IMG/VR virus record: IMGVR_UViG_3300021138_000003
DNA from: an uncultured virus (IMG/VR IMGVR_UViG_3300021138_000003)
Lineage: Duplodnaviria > Heunggongvirae > Uroviricota > Caudoviricetes
Reading direction: 5' to 3' (one strand)
Length of the DNA: 64,000 nucleotides
Shown: positions 1 through 8,620 of the stretch, one piece after another
Layout: each line of letters opens with the position of its first letter
How positions within the stretch are numbered: the first letter of the stretch is position 1
Notes under the pieces: model-generated
Database searches by the model: none
Told to the model about the DNA's origin: nothing
What the model saw: the letters and a program-made list of their open reading frames with translations, nothing else
Position numbers and translations under genes: made by a program

Positions 1-46
1 TTTAGTAACAGCAATATTTTTTAACCTAGACTGAAAGGAAGTTATA

Positions 47-1471
47 ATGAGTACGTTTATCGAAGCAGTTGCAAATCAAGAGGCAAGAACTGCAAATGGA
101 ATGCGAGCACTTGCATCTACAGGAAATTCTTGTGTTTCACTTTTCTACGGCATCGGCGCAAGCCGTGGCAAGAACATTGTTCCTGCCTTTACCGCAGCTT
201 TTGTGGAAAACCGCGAAATTGCTCTGCGTATTGCACAGTGGGCACGTGATGCTCGTGGTGGTGCAGGTGAACGTACGCTGTTCCGTGACATCCTTGTACA
301 TCTTGAAAAGACTGACACGGATGCTGCAAAGGCACTGCTTGCCAAGGTACCGGAAATCGGTCGTTGGGACGACTTGCTGGTCTTCACTACCACTGATCTC
401 AAGGTCGAAGCATACGCATTGATCGCCGAAGCACTTGCTGCCAGTAACGGTCTTTGTGCCAAGTGGATGCCGCGTAAGGGCGCTGTTGCAGCTGAACTTC
501 GTGCTGCACTCGGTATGAGCCCTAAGCAGTATCGTAAGACTCTGGTCAACTTGACCAAGGTCGTCGAAACTCAGATGTGTGCCAAGGATTGGGACAACAT
601 CAACTTCAACCACGTTCCTTCGCTTGCAGCTTCGCGCTACAAGAAGGCGTTTACTCGTCACACTCCAAAGTTTGCCGAGTATGTGGCTAAGTTGATCAAG
701 AAGGATCCGACTGTTAAGGTCAACGCCGGTGCAGTTTACCCTTACGATGTCCTTAAGGGCGTAGTAAGTGCGTACGGTACTACTTCTAAGTCGAAGACTG
801 AACTTGATCACATCGTAGCACAGTGGGATGCGTTGCCTGACTTTGTCGGTGATGCTAACATTCTTCCACTTGTTGACGTTTCGGGTTCTATGACTTGTCG
901 AGCAGGTGGCCACAACTCAAAGAGTGAAACTACTTGCCTTGAAGTTGCAGTTTCGCTGGGTCTGTATCTTGCAGACAAGAACAGCGGTAAGTTCAAGGAT
1001 ACGTTCCTTACTTTCAGCGGTTCTCCGGACCTGATCACTCTCAAGGGCAACGTCATTGACAAGATCAACCAGATGGTTAAGAGCAAGTGGGAAATGAACA
1101 CCAACTTGCACCGAGCATTTGACAAGATCCTGTCTGTTGCGGTCGCTAACAACGTGCCGCAGCACGAAATGCCTGAGATCCTTTTGGTGCTCAGTGATAT
1201 GCAATTCGACTGTTGCCGAGGGCACGATGACACTGCAATGCAGATGATCGAACGCAAGTATGCTGATGCAGGTTACACTGTTCCGCAGGTTGTGTTCTGG
1301 AACATCAACTCCAGCGACAATGTGCCTGTAAAGGCAGATAAGTCGGGTGCTGCATTGGTCAGTGGTTTCAGCCCAAGCATTGTTAAGGCACTGCTTGCAG
1401 CTGATATGACTGACTTCACACCAGAAGGCATTTGTCTCAAAACCGTTATGATTCCGCGTTATGACATTTAA
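47..1471 (+). CDS. DUF2828 / Ro60(TROVE)-like protein with C-terminal VWA domain
   Basis: N-terminal RDARGGAGER and GRWDDL motifs; MIDAS motif DVSGSM; LSDMQFD and VVFWN VWA motifs; SD GGAAG. Confidence 0.8.
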   Translation: MSTFIEAVANQEARTANGMRALASTGNSCVSLFYGIGASRGKNIVPAFTAAFVENREIALRIAQWARDARGGAGERTLFRDILVHLEKTDTDAAKALLAKVPEIGRWDDLLVFTTTDLKVEAYALIAEALAASNGLCAKWMPRKGAVAAELRAALGMSPKQYRKTLVNLTKVVETQMCAKDWDNINFNHVPSLAASRYKKAFTRHTPKFAEYVAKLIKKDPTVKVNAGAVYPYDVLKGVVSAYGTTSKSKTELDHIVAQWDALPDFVGDANILPLVDVSGSMTCRAGGHNSKSETTCLEVAVSLGLYLADKNSGKFKDTFLTFSGSPDLITLKGNVIDKINQMVKSKWEMNTNLHRAFDKILSVAVANNVPQHEMPEILLVLSDMQFDCCRGHDDTAMQMIERKYADAGYTVPQVVFWNINSSDNVPVKADKSGAALVSGFSPSIVKALLAADMTDFTPEGICLKTVMIPRYDI

Positions 1472-1479
1472 GTAACAAT

Positions 1480-1515
1480 AAAGGTCCTGGCATTAATTTG
1501 TCAGGACCTTTTTTT
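1480..1515 (+). terminator. Rho-independent terminator hairpin (copy 1 of repeated stem-loop)
   Basis: AAAGGTCCTGGCA-TTAATT-TGTCAGGACC followed by a T-run. Confidence 0.8.
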
Positions 1516-1519
1516 GTGC

Positions 1520-1548
1520 TTGACATACCTACTAAAGTCTACTATACT
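1520..1548 (+). promoter_or_regulatory. sigma70-like early promoter
   Basis: TTGACA-17nt-TATACT. Confidence 0.75.
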
Positions 1549-1579
1549 GTAGAAGTAAACAGCAAAAGGAAACTTGTTA

Positions 1580-1894
1580 ATGTTTTCATTTTTTAAGCGT
1601 AAGAAGGAATACAAGAACTTGGCAGCAGCACCAACTATGCCGCCGGCTCCACCTAAGAGTGCAGCACGTCGTCTAGAGCTTCGCGAAGAAATTCGTAGGC
1701 CCGTAGAGTCCAATACAAATTATGACTCCGGTCCGGATATCGTCGACACAATCATCGCAGCTGAAGTAATCAGTGATATTATGAGCTCCGACACTTCTTC
1801 CTATGACAGTGGTTCTAGCTACGATAGCGGATCCAGTGATTTCAGCGGAGGTGGCGGCGACTTTGGCGGCGGCGGTTCCGATAGTTCTTGGTAA
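1580..1894 (+). CDS. Hypothetical protein with Ser/Gly-rich C-terminal tail (FSGGGGDFGGGGSDSSW)
   Basis: ORF with SD AAGGA; tail resembles that of TPM/YgcG-type proteins. Confidence 0.7.
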   Translation: MFSFFKRKKEYKNLAAAPTMPPAPPKSAARRLELREEIRRPVESNTNYDSGPDIVDTIIAAEVISDIMSSDTSSYDSGSSYDSGSSDFSGGGGDFGGGGSDSSW

Positions 1895-1906
1895 AAGGAA
1901 ATTAAG

Positions 1907-2134
1907 ATGAATTACGAAGGTTTGTTTGAAGATTTTAATAACATTCGTTCTACCCAGCCATACGTAATTGGCAAGGTCGTTGACGAAGCTCAGAATTACA
2001 TTGAGTACCTCGAGGGCAAGGAATCTACCCTCAACAAGCTCGTCGATTATTTCAATGAACTCGACGAATCCAAGGGTTTCGAATCCAAGAAAGAAATTTT
2101 GGACAAGATTCTCACCATCCTCCCTGCTGAATAA
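1907..2134 (+). CDS. Hypothetical protein
   Basis: ORF with SD AAGGA and phage-like codon usage. Confidence 0.7.
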   Translation: MNYEGLFEDFNNIRSTQPYVIGKVVDEAQNYIEYLEGKESTLNKLVDYFNELDESKGFESKKEILDKILTILPAE

Positions 2135-2145
2135 GGAGTATTTGT

Positions 2146-2805
2146 ATGTTTAAGAAGTTTGTTATTGGCGCCATGGCTGCGCTTATGATTGCACAGCCTG
2201 CTTTTGCTGGAAAGTTTGGTGGTGGCAGTAGCTTTAGTTCCAGTCGCAGTAGCTTTAGCTCGGGCAGCAGCTATCGTAGCAGCAGCTACAGCTCAGGAAG
2301 CAGCTATCGCCCTAGCAGCAGCTATCAGAGCACTTATAAACCCGCAGCACCTGCTACAGCACCGCGTTTTAGCTCGGGTGCCAGCTATAACACTGCAAAG
2401 CCTGCACAGACACAGGTAGTGCCGCGTTCAAGCAGTCCTTATTACGGCGGAGGTTATCGTTCTTCTCCGGTAGTGAATAATCACTACTACGGTGGTGGCG
2501 GATATGGTGGTGGTGGCGGTGGATTCACTAGCAGTCCGTTCTTTTGGCTGTGGATGTTTGATCACAATCGTCAGCAGGCTCCTGTAGTTGTTAACAGCGG
2601 TGGCGGATATGCTCCTCAGGCTCAAGGCGCTCCGATGCAGGGTGATCCCGGCCAGGTTCAGTATGCGCAGGCACCGCAGAATCAAGGTCCAGGTTTCTTT
2701 GGAATGATCTTTTACGGACTTCTTAACCTTGTAATCCTGATCCTTGTAATCACTGCAATTGTGTGGATCATTGTTAAGATCCGCAAGATGATCCGAGGCA
2801 ACTAA
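2146..2805 (+). CDS. Exported Gly/Ser-rich membrane-anchored protein
   Basis: Signal peptide (AQPAFA), low-complexity G/S/Y region, C-terminal TM helix; SD AAGGAG. Confidence 0.75.
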   Translation: MFKKFVIGAMAALMIAQPAFAGKFGGGSSFSSSRSSFSSGSSYRSSSYSSGSSYRPSSSYQSTYKPAAPATAPRFSSGASYNTAKPAQTQVVPRSSSPYYGGGYRSSPVVNNHYYGGGGYGGGGGGFTSSPFFWLWMFDHNRQQAPVVVNSGGGYAPQAQGAPMQGDPGQVQYAQAPQNQGPGFFGMIFYGLLNLVILILVITAIVWIIVKIRKMIRGN

Positions 2806-2941
2806 CATGCTTTGCACAGCAGTCACTAGCGCACTTGAAGTCAATTTTTTCAGCTTTATTGCAGGAGTTGTGCTAACTTCAGTGTTGTTTGGCAGGTTTA
2901 TGGTCAAGCATCGCAAAAAGCATACTCCGGAAATTTAAATT

Positions 2942-2976
2942 AAAAGCCCTGGCATTAATTTGTCAGGGCTTTTTTC
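2942..2976 (+). terminator. Rho-independent terminator hairpin (copy 2 of repeated stem-loop)
   Basis: AAAAGCCCTGGCA-TTAATT-TGTCAGGGC followed by a T-run. Confidence 0.8.
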
Positions 2977-3005
2977 TTGACTAAATTACTTTAATCTAGT
3001 ATATT
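2977..3005 (+). promoter_or_regulatory. sigma70-like early promoter
   Basis: TTGACT-17nt-TATATT. Confidence 0.6.
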
Positions 3006-3035
3006 AAGCAGTAGATAGATAATAAGGAATTAGAT

Positions 3036-3572
3036 ATGAAAACCTATGTGACCAGTGATCTCCATTTCTTCCACCAGAATATAATGAAGTTCTGCCCTGA
3101 AACTCGTCCTTATAAGGACGTCGAAGATATGAATCAGAGCATGATTCGCGAGTGGAATGCCAAGGTTGCCGCAGAGGACACTGTATACATCCTGGGCGAC
3201 GTTGCGTTCGCACCTACTAACAAGGCGGTTGAGATTCTGAATCAGCTAAACGGCGATAAGATTCTAATCGAAGGCAACCACGACCGCAAGATGCTAAAAG
3301 ATCCGGTGTTTCGTCGTTGCTTCAAGGAAATCCATGTTTATTATGAAATGACTTATAACAAGACTTTTGTAGTGATGTTCCACTATCCAGTATTTGATCA
3401 TAATCGAGCAGGGCATGGTAGCATTATGTTACATGGCCACCGTCATGGTCAGCCCACTGGTATTCCAGGAAGGATTATGGATGTAGGATATGATGCAACT
3501 GGAAAAATTGTAGTTGAGTTAGATGAAGTTATTCAGAAGATGAAACTTGTTGATCCAATGAAGCACCATTGA
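3036..3572 (+). CDS. Calcineurin-like metallophosphoesterase
   Basis: SDLHF, LGD, GNHD and HGHxH motifs. Confidence 0.9.
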   Translation: MKTYVTSDLHFFHQNIMKFCPETRPYKDVEDMNQSMIREWNAKVAAEDTVYILGDVAFAPTNKAVEILNQLNGDKILIEGNHDRKMLKDPVFRRCFKEIHVYYEMTYNKTFVVMFHYPVFDHNRAGHGSIMLHGHRHGQPTGIPGRIMDVGYDATGKIVVELDEVIQKMKLVDPMKHH

Positions 3573-3597
3573 CATACGTTAGAATTGTCTATATAAT
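3569..3597 (+). promoter_or_regulatory. sigma70-like early promoter
   Basis: TTGACA-17nt-TATAAT. Confidence 0.8.
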
Positions 3598-3626
3598 GCG
3601 CTAATAAACAACACAAGGACACAGAC

Positions 3627-4517
3627 ATGAACAAGATCGAACTTAAGAATTGGGTTGAAAAGAATCCCAAGCTGGTTAAGATGCGCGAAAGCGACGCATA
3701 TCCCGGTCTGTTTGTGCTCAAGTACACTAAGCGGGTGTTCTACGACGACCTGTGGAATCGCTTCCTTGAGGAATGTCGTGGCACTGTAATCGATCGCGAT
3801 TTCAATGTGATTTCTCGTCCGTTTACCAAGGTCTACAACTACGGCGTCGAGAAGAAGGCGCCTAAGCTCAGCGACGATACTGTTGTTGATGCGTATCGCA
3901 AGATCAACGGTTTCATGGTTGCTGTTACTTGGCATGACGGAGATATCCTTGTGTCCACTACTGGTAGCTTAGACAGTGACTTCTGTGCAATGGCACGTGA
4001 ACTGATCGATGTCAATGTGTATCGTGAAATTTGCCGCGCAAATCCGCGCCTGACTTTTATGTTTGAATGTGTGCATCGCAACGATCCGCACATCATTCCT
4101 GAGCAGGAAGGTATGTACTTGATCGGCTACCGTTTGAAGGAATGGGATAGCCCGGTGAAGTTGGATTCACATGCTCTTGCAGTATTTGGTATCCAGTTTG
4201 GTTGCTTGCCTGTTATAGGCGCTCGCACTACTGTAGGTGATCTGCTCAAGGTAGTAAAAAATGTCCGTCATGAAGGGTTTGTATTCTACACCGAAGACGG
4301 TGTTGCTGCTAAGATCAAGTCTCCGTACTACTTGACCAGCAAGTGGGTTGCCCGCAATCCGCGCACTGACAAGTTAATGAGTGATCAGATCAAGCAACAG
4401 ATCGACGAGGAGTATTATCCGCTGGTTGACAAGATCCGCGCTAATATTGTGGAATACACCGCAATGGACGAGCAGAATCGTCTTGCTTGGGTACGTGAAG
4501 TGCTGGAAACTGCATAA
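3627..4517 (+). CDS. RNA ligase 1 (T4 RnlA-like)
   Basis: ECRG, PFTKVYN, adenylation motif KING, TFMFE, EGFV, KIKS. Confidence 0.85.
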   Translation: MNKIELKNWVEKNPKLVKMRESDAYPGLFVLKYTKRVFYDDLWNRFLEECRGTVIDRDFNVISRPFTKVYNYGVEKKAPKLSDDTVVDAYRKINGFMVAVTWHDGDILVSTTGSLDSDFCAMARELIDVNVYREICRANPRLTFMFECVHRNDPHIIPEQEGMYLIGYRLKEWDSPVKLDSHALAVFGIQFGCLPVIGARTTVGDLLKVVKNVRHEGFVFYTEDGVAAKIKSPYYLTSKWVARNPRTDKLMSDQIKQQIDEEYYPLVDKIRANIVEYTAMDEQNRLAWVREVLETA

Positions 4518-4789
4518 TGTCGTACTACAACGAGCGTAATGGTTGGGCAGACACCGGCAAGAAATTAAATAATCGCCGGTGTCCAAACTGCAGAAGCACT
4601 AGGTTCAAAGAAACGTTGAGTCGTGAACACTGCCCCGATTGCGGTCTAGAATGCAACTATTGGGGCAGTGGCGCTAATGAAGTCTATGATGCTATGTGTA
4701 AGCGTAAATGGGCCGAGGAAGATCGCAAGCGTGAAGAAGACTTTCGTAGACAAATGCGCGAAGAATGGAGTGATGGGTATGACGATTAA
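4517..4789 (+). CDS. Small Zn-ribbon protein
   Basis: CPNC...CPDC. Confidence 0.65.
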   Translation: MSYYNERNGWADTGKKLNNRRCPNCRSTRFKETLSREHCPDCGLECNYWGSGANEVYDAMCKRKWAEEDRKREEDFRRQMREEWSDGYDD

Positions 4790-4994
4790 GCCTGGAACGA
4801 CTGTTAGCATCAACAGCATCGGCGATCTTGCTATGACTCACAAAAAGTGGATAAACAAGAAAGCAATCGTCATTAAGCAGTGCAAATCTGGACTGTTTTT
4901 AGTGCAAGATATTATGTCTAATGAACAAACTACTGTACCGAAACGCAATTTGGATATTGTAGAAAAGGCGTGGGGAGAAAATAATGACAGTTGA
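4779..4994 (+). CDS. Hypothetical protein (SH3/KOW-like)
   Basis: ORF overlapping neighbours; start placed at MTIKPG. Confidence 0.5.
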   Translation: MTIKPGTTVSINSIGDLAMTHKKWINKKAIVIKQCKSGLFLVQDIMSNEQTTVPKRNLDIVEKAWGENNDS

Positions 4995-5133
4995 AGACTT
5001 ACAGCGTGTCTACGATTCATTGCTTGAATGCGGGCCTGACGAAGAAGACTTTGGTTGGGGACCCACATACGAGTTTGCAATGCAACGCAGAAACAATGCA
5101 TTGAGGATTCTTAAGGAAGCGATAGAACGATAA
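4984..5133 (+). CDS. Small hypothetical protein (49 aa)
   Basis: SD GGGAG, MTVEDLQRVY...; below ORF-track length cut-off. Confidence 0.5.
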   Translation: MTVEDLQRVYDSLLECGPDEEDFGWGPTYEFAMQRRNNALRILKEAIER

Positions 5134-5197
5134 ATCAGTTGTATTCTCGACGGAAACCTAGTATAATATATCTTATAAACAACTTAAAGGAAATAAG

Positions 5198-5692
5198 ATG
5201 ACCAAGACTTGTACTATTCTCGTTGGTGTGCCTGCCGCCGGTAAGAGCACTTGGATCAGCAATCAGCCGTTGAAGGACGATACTTATATTGCGTCCACGG
5301 ATCGTGTCATTGAGGAAACTGCTCGTGAATATGGTATGACCTACAACGAAGCTTTCAAGGATCTTATTGGATTCGCTGAAACTGTGATGTGGCGCCACAT
5401 CGATCGTGCTGTGTTGTTTGGTCATGATATCGTCATCGATCGTACTAACATGAGCCGCAAGAGCCGTGCTAAGTTCATCAACTATTTGAAGAACAAGGGC
5501 TATGTGTTCGATGTTGTTGTGTTCGATCATCCCGAAGACAAGACTGAGTGGAATCGTCGACTGAATTCGCGTCCTGGTAAGACCATTCCTGAGAATGCAA
5601 TTCAGTCTATGCTGGCGTCGTTCCAGTTTCCTTCTCATGAGGAAGGTTTCCGCGACATCACTGTGATTAATTCGTTTTTGAATGATGGCTAA
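5198..5692 (+). CDS. Polynucleotide kinase-like P-loop kinase (AAA_33)
   Basis: Walker A GVPAAGKST, STD, IVIDRTN, RRLNSRPGK. Confidence 0.85.
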   Translation: MTKTCTILVGVPAAGKSTWISNQPLKDDTYIASTDRVIEETAREYGMTYNEAFKDLIGFAETVMWRHIDRAVLFGHDIVIDRTNMSRKSRAKFINYLKNKGYVFDVVVFDHPEDKTEWNRRLNSRPGKTIPENAIQSMLASFQFPSHEEGFRDITVINSFLNDG

Positions 5693-5693
5693 T

Positions 5694-6437
5694 TTAAGGC
5701 TTCTTTTTAAGTAACATACCAGAAACCCACTCATTACCAAATGGTTTTTCTTTAGCACAGACTGCTATTACCCCATTATTATACCACTTGTTTCCCAGTG
5801 TAGTGGGTTTCTGGTTTAATCTTCCGTTAGTCCATCCCTCTGGGCATTCTTTAAGAAATCTGGTCTCTATGCCGTTATTGTACCAACTTCTTTCAGAATT
5901 CGTTTTTGCTCGGCGAATGCCTGAAGCCGTTTTCACGGCAGCTGAATGGACCTTTCCATACATCGGATTTAACTCTCCAACATATTTCTCCTTTCGGAAA
6001 TCTGAAATTTTTTTCTTTGTTTCAGATGATAATGTTTTACCTTTATGTGATTCACTAATTTTATTTTTAAATTCGATCGATCGGGATATACCTTTTAATT
6101 TGTGACTTATTTTAGATTTATGTTCATCTGATAAAGGACCAAATTTTTTCCCTTTATTGATACTGCCGCCTGATCCTTGTTCTAAAGTTAAATTGGCCCA
6201 CATGGTGCTATTAACTATATCCCATAATTTACTATAATAAATTCCCCATTCGGTTACTTCCTGAGCGGTTGCACATTCTTTTAAAATTTCTGTAGTTACA
6301 TCATATCCATGCTTTTTGATATGATAGGTCCAACGTTTTCCAGATCCTCGATATTTGTGCGGATCTTTTGATTCTGTTTTTCCGAGATATTTTAACCCAG
6401 TTTTATTGTGAGTTTTGACGTACAAATAAATAGTCAT
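5694..6437 (-). CDS. Free-standing GIY-YIG homing endonuclease with NUMOD3-like and WYNNG repeats
   Basis: IYLYVKTH...KYLGKT, YRGSG, HKSKIS/ETKKKIS/NPMYGKVHS repeats; start at MTIYL with SD AAGGA. Confidence 0.85.
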   Translation of the reverse strand: MTIYLYVKTHNKTGLKYLGKTESKDPHKYRGSGKRWTYHIKKHGYDVTTEILKECATAQEVTEWGIYYSKLWDIVNSTMWANLTLEQGSGGSINKGKKFGPLSDEHKSKISHKLKGISRSIEFKNKISESHKGKTLSSETKKKISDFRKEKYVGELNPMYGKVHSAAVKTASGIRRAKTNSERSWYNNGIETRFLKECPEGWTNGRLNQKPTTLGNKWYNNGVIAVCAKEKPFGNEWVSGMLLKKKP

Positions 6438-6494
6438 GCTGATAGTTCCTTTATAACCGTTAGTGTCCTTGGGTTTTGCCGAACCGCGAAGGAC
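6438..6494 (-). ncRNA. Conserved structured RNA leader of homing endonuclease gene (copy 1)
   Basis: Shares P1-CGC-P2(GGC loop)-C-P1'-CUAA..AUCAGC-AUG architecture with 41171-41225 and 53809-53863, with compensatory changes. Confidence 0.75.
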
Positions 6495-6501
6495 TTTTTT
6501 G

Positions 6502-6530
6502 TTGACTTGATAAAACAAAAATTGTATAAT
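6502..6530 (+). promoter_or_regulatory. sigma70-like early promoter
   Basis: TTGACT-17nt-TATAAT. Confidence 0.8.
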
Positions 6531-6567
6531 ATATTTATATTTTAACACAGATATAGAAAGCAACTTT

Positions 6568-7077
6568 ATGACCACTACCCGAGCAACCCTTTTTCTTGAT
6601 ATGGACGGCGTAGTTGCCGACTTTGACGGCTATGCAAGCAAGGTCCTCGGACAGCCTGCTCCAGATGGTCGCTGGCCCGACGAAGTTTGGTCTAGCATTA
6701 TCCGCGATCCTCGCATCTATGGACTGCTTGAAAAGACCAAAGAAGCAGATGCGCTAGTCGAATACTGTCGTTACCTTAGGGATACACGTAATTACAAACT
6801 CCTGTTCCTAACTGCTGTACCCAAGGGTAACGATGTTCACTGGGCATTCTACGACAAGGTGCTATGGGGCCAAAAGTATTACCCGGATATTCCTGTTCAC
6901 TTTGGTCCGTTTGCCAAGAACAAAAAGGATCACTGCAAGACCGGTGATATCCTGATCGATGATAAGCCCAGCAATATCATTGAATGGGAAAATGTTGACG
7001 GTAAGGGAATCTTGCACAAAGGTGATCTTTTAGAAACCTTGGATATTCTTAAGGGCATTGTTCAAGGCAATGACTAA
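6568..7077 (+). CDS. HAD-family 5'(3')-deoxyribonucleotidase (NT5C-like)
   Basis: LDMDGVVADF, LTA, ILIDD. Confidence 0.85.
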   Translation: MTTTRATLFLDMDGVVADFDGYASKVLGQPAPDGRWPDEVWSSIIRDPRIYGLLEKTKEADALVEYCRYLRDTRNYKLLFLTAVPKGNDVHWAFYDKVLWGQKYYPDIPVHFGPFAKNKKDHCKTGDILIDDKPSNIIEWENVDGKGILHKGDLLETLDILKGIVQGND

Positions 7078-7474
7078 AGTCGTAGTAAACGGCACATTTG
7101 ATATTTTGCATGTCGGACACATTGAATTGCTCCGACATGCAAAAACTGCATATCCCGACGCATTTGTTTATGTGCTAATTGATTCCGATAAACGAGTTCG
7201 AGAACTCAAAGGTCCTGGCCGACCTGTTAATACGCAAGAAGAGCGTCGAACCATGTTACAGGCTCTCCGCTATGTAGATGCTGTAAATACTTTCAAAAGC
7301 GATCAAGAGCTTGCCGATATCATTCGTGGGTTCGAACCTGACATAATGGTCAAGGGCAGCGACTATAAAGACAAGCCAATAATCGGCGCAGAATATTGTA
7401 AAGAAATAGATTTTTATGAAAGACTCGAAGAATTCTCGACAACCAAAAAAATTCAAGATATTACTAATCGGTGA
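7070..7474 (+). CDS. Cytidylyltransferase-family nucleotidyltransferase (HldE/RfaE domain II-like)
   Basis: NGTFDILHVGH, ELKGPGRP, VKGSDY, FSTT. Confidence 0.9.
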   Translation: MTKVVVNGTFDILHVGHIELLRHAKTAYPDAFVYVLIDSDKRVRELKGPGRPVNTQEERRTMLQALRYVDAVNTFKSDQELADIIRGFEPDIMVKGSDYKDKPIIGAEYCKEIDFYERLEEFSTTKKIQDITNR

Positions 7475-8177
7475 TAATTGTACTGATGTGTATCAATACG
7501 GCGTAGTAGACCGTATAAGTCCAGAGGCTCCTGTTCCGATTTTCCGGTTTACACACGTTGAGAATCGACCAGGCATGGTATCAAATGTCAAAAACAATCT
7601 ATTAAACTTAGGATGCACAGTAACGTGTATGCACGGCATCTCTAGCACAAAAACTCGAGTAATTGATTCTAGATCTAGACAACATTTGCTACGCATGGAT
7701 GAAGATGTAGCCAGCCAACCATTGTTATTCGATGATATCGATTTAACTCAAGATTATGACGCAATTGTAGTCAGTGATTACGAAAAAGGTTACGTTAGCT
7801 ACACATTGATTAGAGATCTACGTGATCATTTTGATGGACCTATATTTGTAGATACCAAAAAGCCAGATCTAGAATATTTTGAAGGTTGCTACGTTAAAGT
7901 AAATGCACACGAGCGCGCAGCAGCTACTAGTGTATGCACAGACCTTATTGTAACGCGCGGAGAACAGGGCGCAGAACACGATAACGTAAAATATCCTGCG
8001 CCTGCAACAGAAGTTGTAGACGTTTGCGGTGCAGGTGACACATTTACCGCTGCTCTAGCGTATCAATACCTGAAAACCAAAGATATTAAAGAAGCAATTA
8101 AGTTTGCTATCAAAGCTGGCGCAGTTTCTGTGCAGCATACAGGTGTGTATGCACCAAAATTAGAGGAAATACAATGA
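7416..8177 (+). CDS. PfkB-family sugar kinase (HldE/RfaE domain I-like)
   Basis: RISPEAPVP, SDYEKG, VDVCGAGDTF. Confidence 0.9.
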   Translation: MKDSKNSRQPKKFKILLIGDNCTDVYQYGVVDRISPEAPVPIFRFTHVENRPGMVSNVKNNLLNLGCTVTCMHGISSTKTRVIDSRSRQHLLRMDEDVASQPLLFDDIDLTQDYDAIVVSDYEKGYVSYTLIRDLRDHFDGPIFVDTKKPDLEYFEGCYVKVNAHERAAATSVCTDLIVTRGEQGAEHDNVKYPAPATEVVDVCGAGDTFTAALAYQYLKTKDIKEAIKFAIKAGAVSVQHTGVYAPKLEEIQ

Positions 8178-8536
8178 CTAGATTGACCGGATTTGTCGAA
8201 AAAGGATGGGGCTACGAAAATATTTGGGCTACCAATGACAAGTATTGCGGAAAATTGATGAAATTTAACAAAAATGCTCGATTTTCCATGCATTTTCATA
8301 GCGAAAAGGACGAAAGTTGGTACATTTTGAGTGGAAAATTTGAAGTAGAGTACATTGATACTTCAAATGCTAGAGTACATACTGAAATTTTGTCCGAAGG
8401 TAACACATGGCACAATCCTCCACTGTTACCACACCGACTAACTTGCCTCGAAGAAGGCGTGATAATCGAAGTTAGCACTCCAGATAGTGTAGAAGACAAC
8501 TATCGAGTAATGCCGGGCGATAGTCAAAAAAAGTAA
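8174..8536 (+). CDS. Cupin protein (mannose-6-phosphate isomerase type II-like)
   Basis: KGWG, SMHFHSEKDESW, EVSTPDSVEDNYRV. Confidence 0.8.
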   Translation: MTRLTGFVEKGWGYENIWATNDKYCGKLMKFNKNARFSMHFHSEKDESWYILSGKFEVEYIDTSNARVHTEILSEGNTWHNPPLLPHRLTCLEEGVIIEVSTPDSVEDNYRVMPGDSQKK

Positions 8537-8620
8537 CATTTAGGCGTCAAAATAGCAGAAAAAATATTAACTACGTACTAAATAATAGAAATTATATACA
8601 CAGTTAATTCGGAGCCGATC

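Noticed and set aside
1..46. Possible truncated hairpin/ncRNA (TTTAG..ACAGCAA..CTAGA) ahead of the Ro-like gene
   Set aside because: It is cut by the window edge and too little sequence is available to support a call. Worth checking in the upstream window.
137..1257. Long antisense and alternative-frame ORFs here and throughout the ORF track
   Set aside because: These are shadows of strongly codon-biased sense genes, with no SD, motifs or independent signals.
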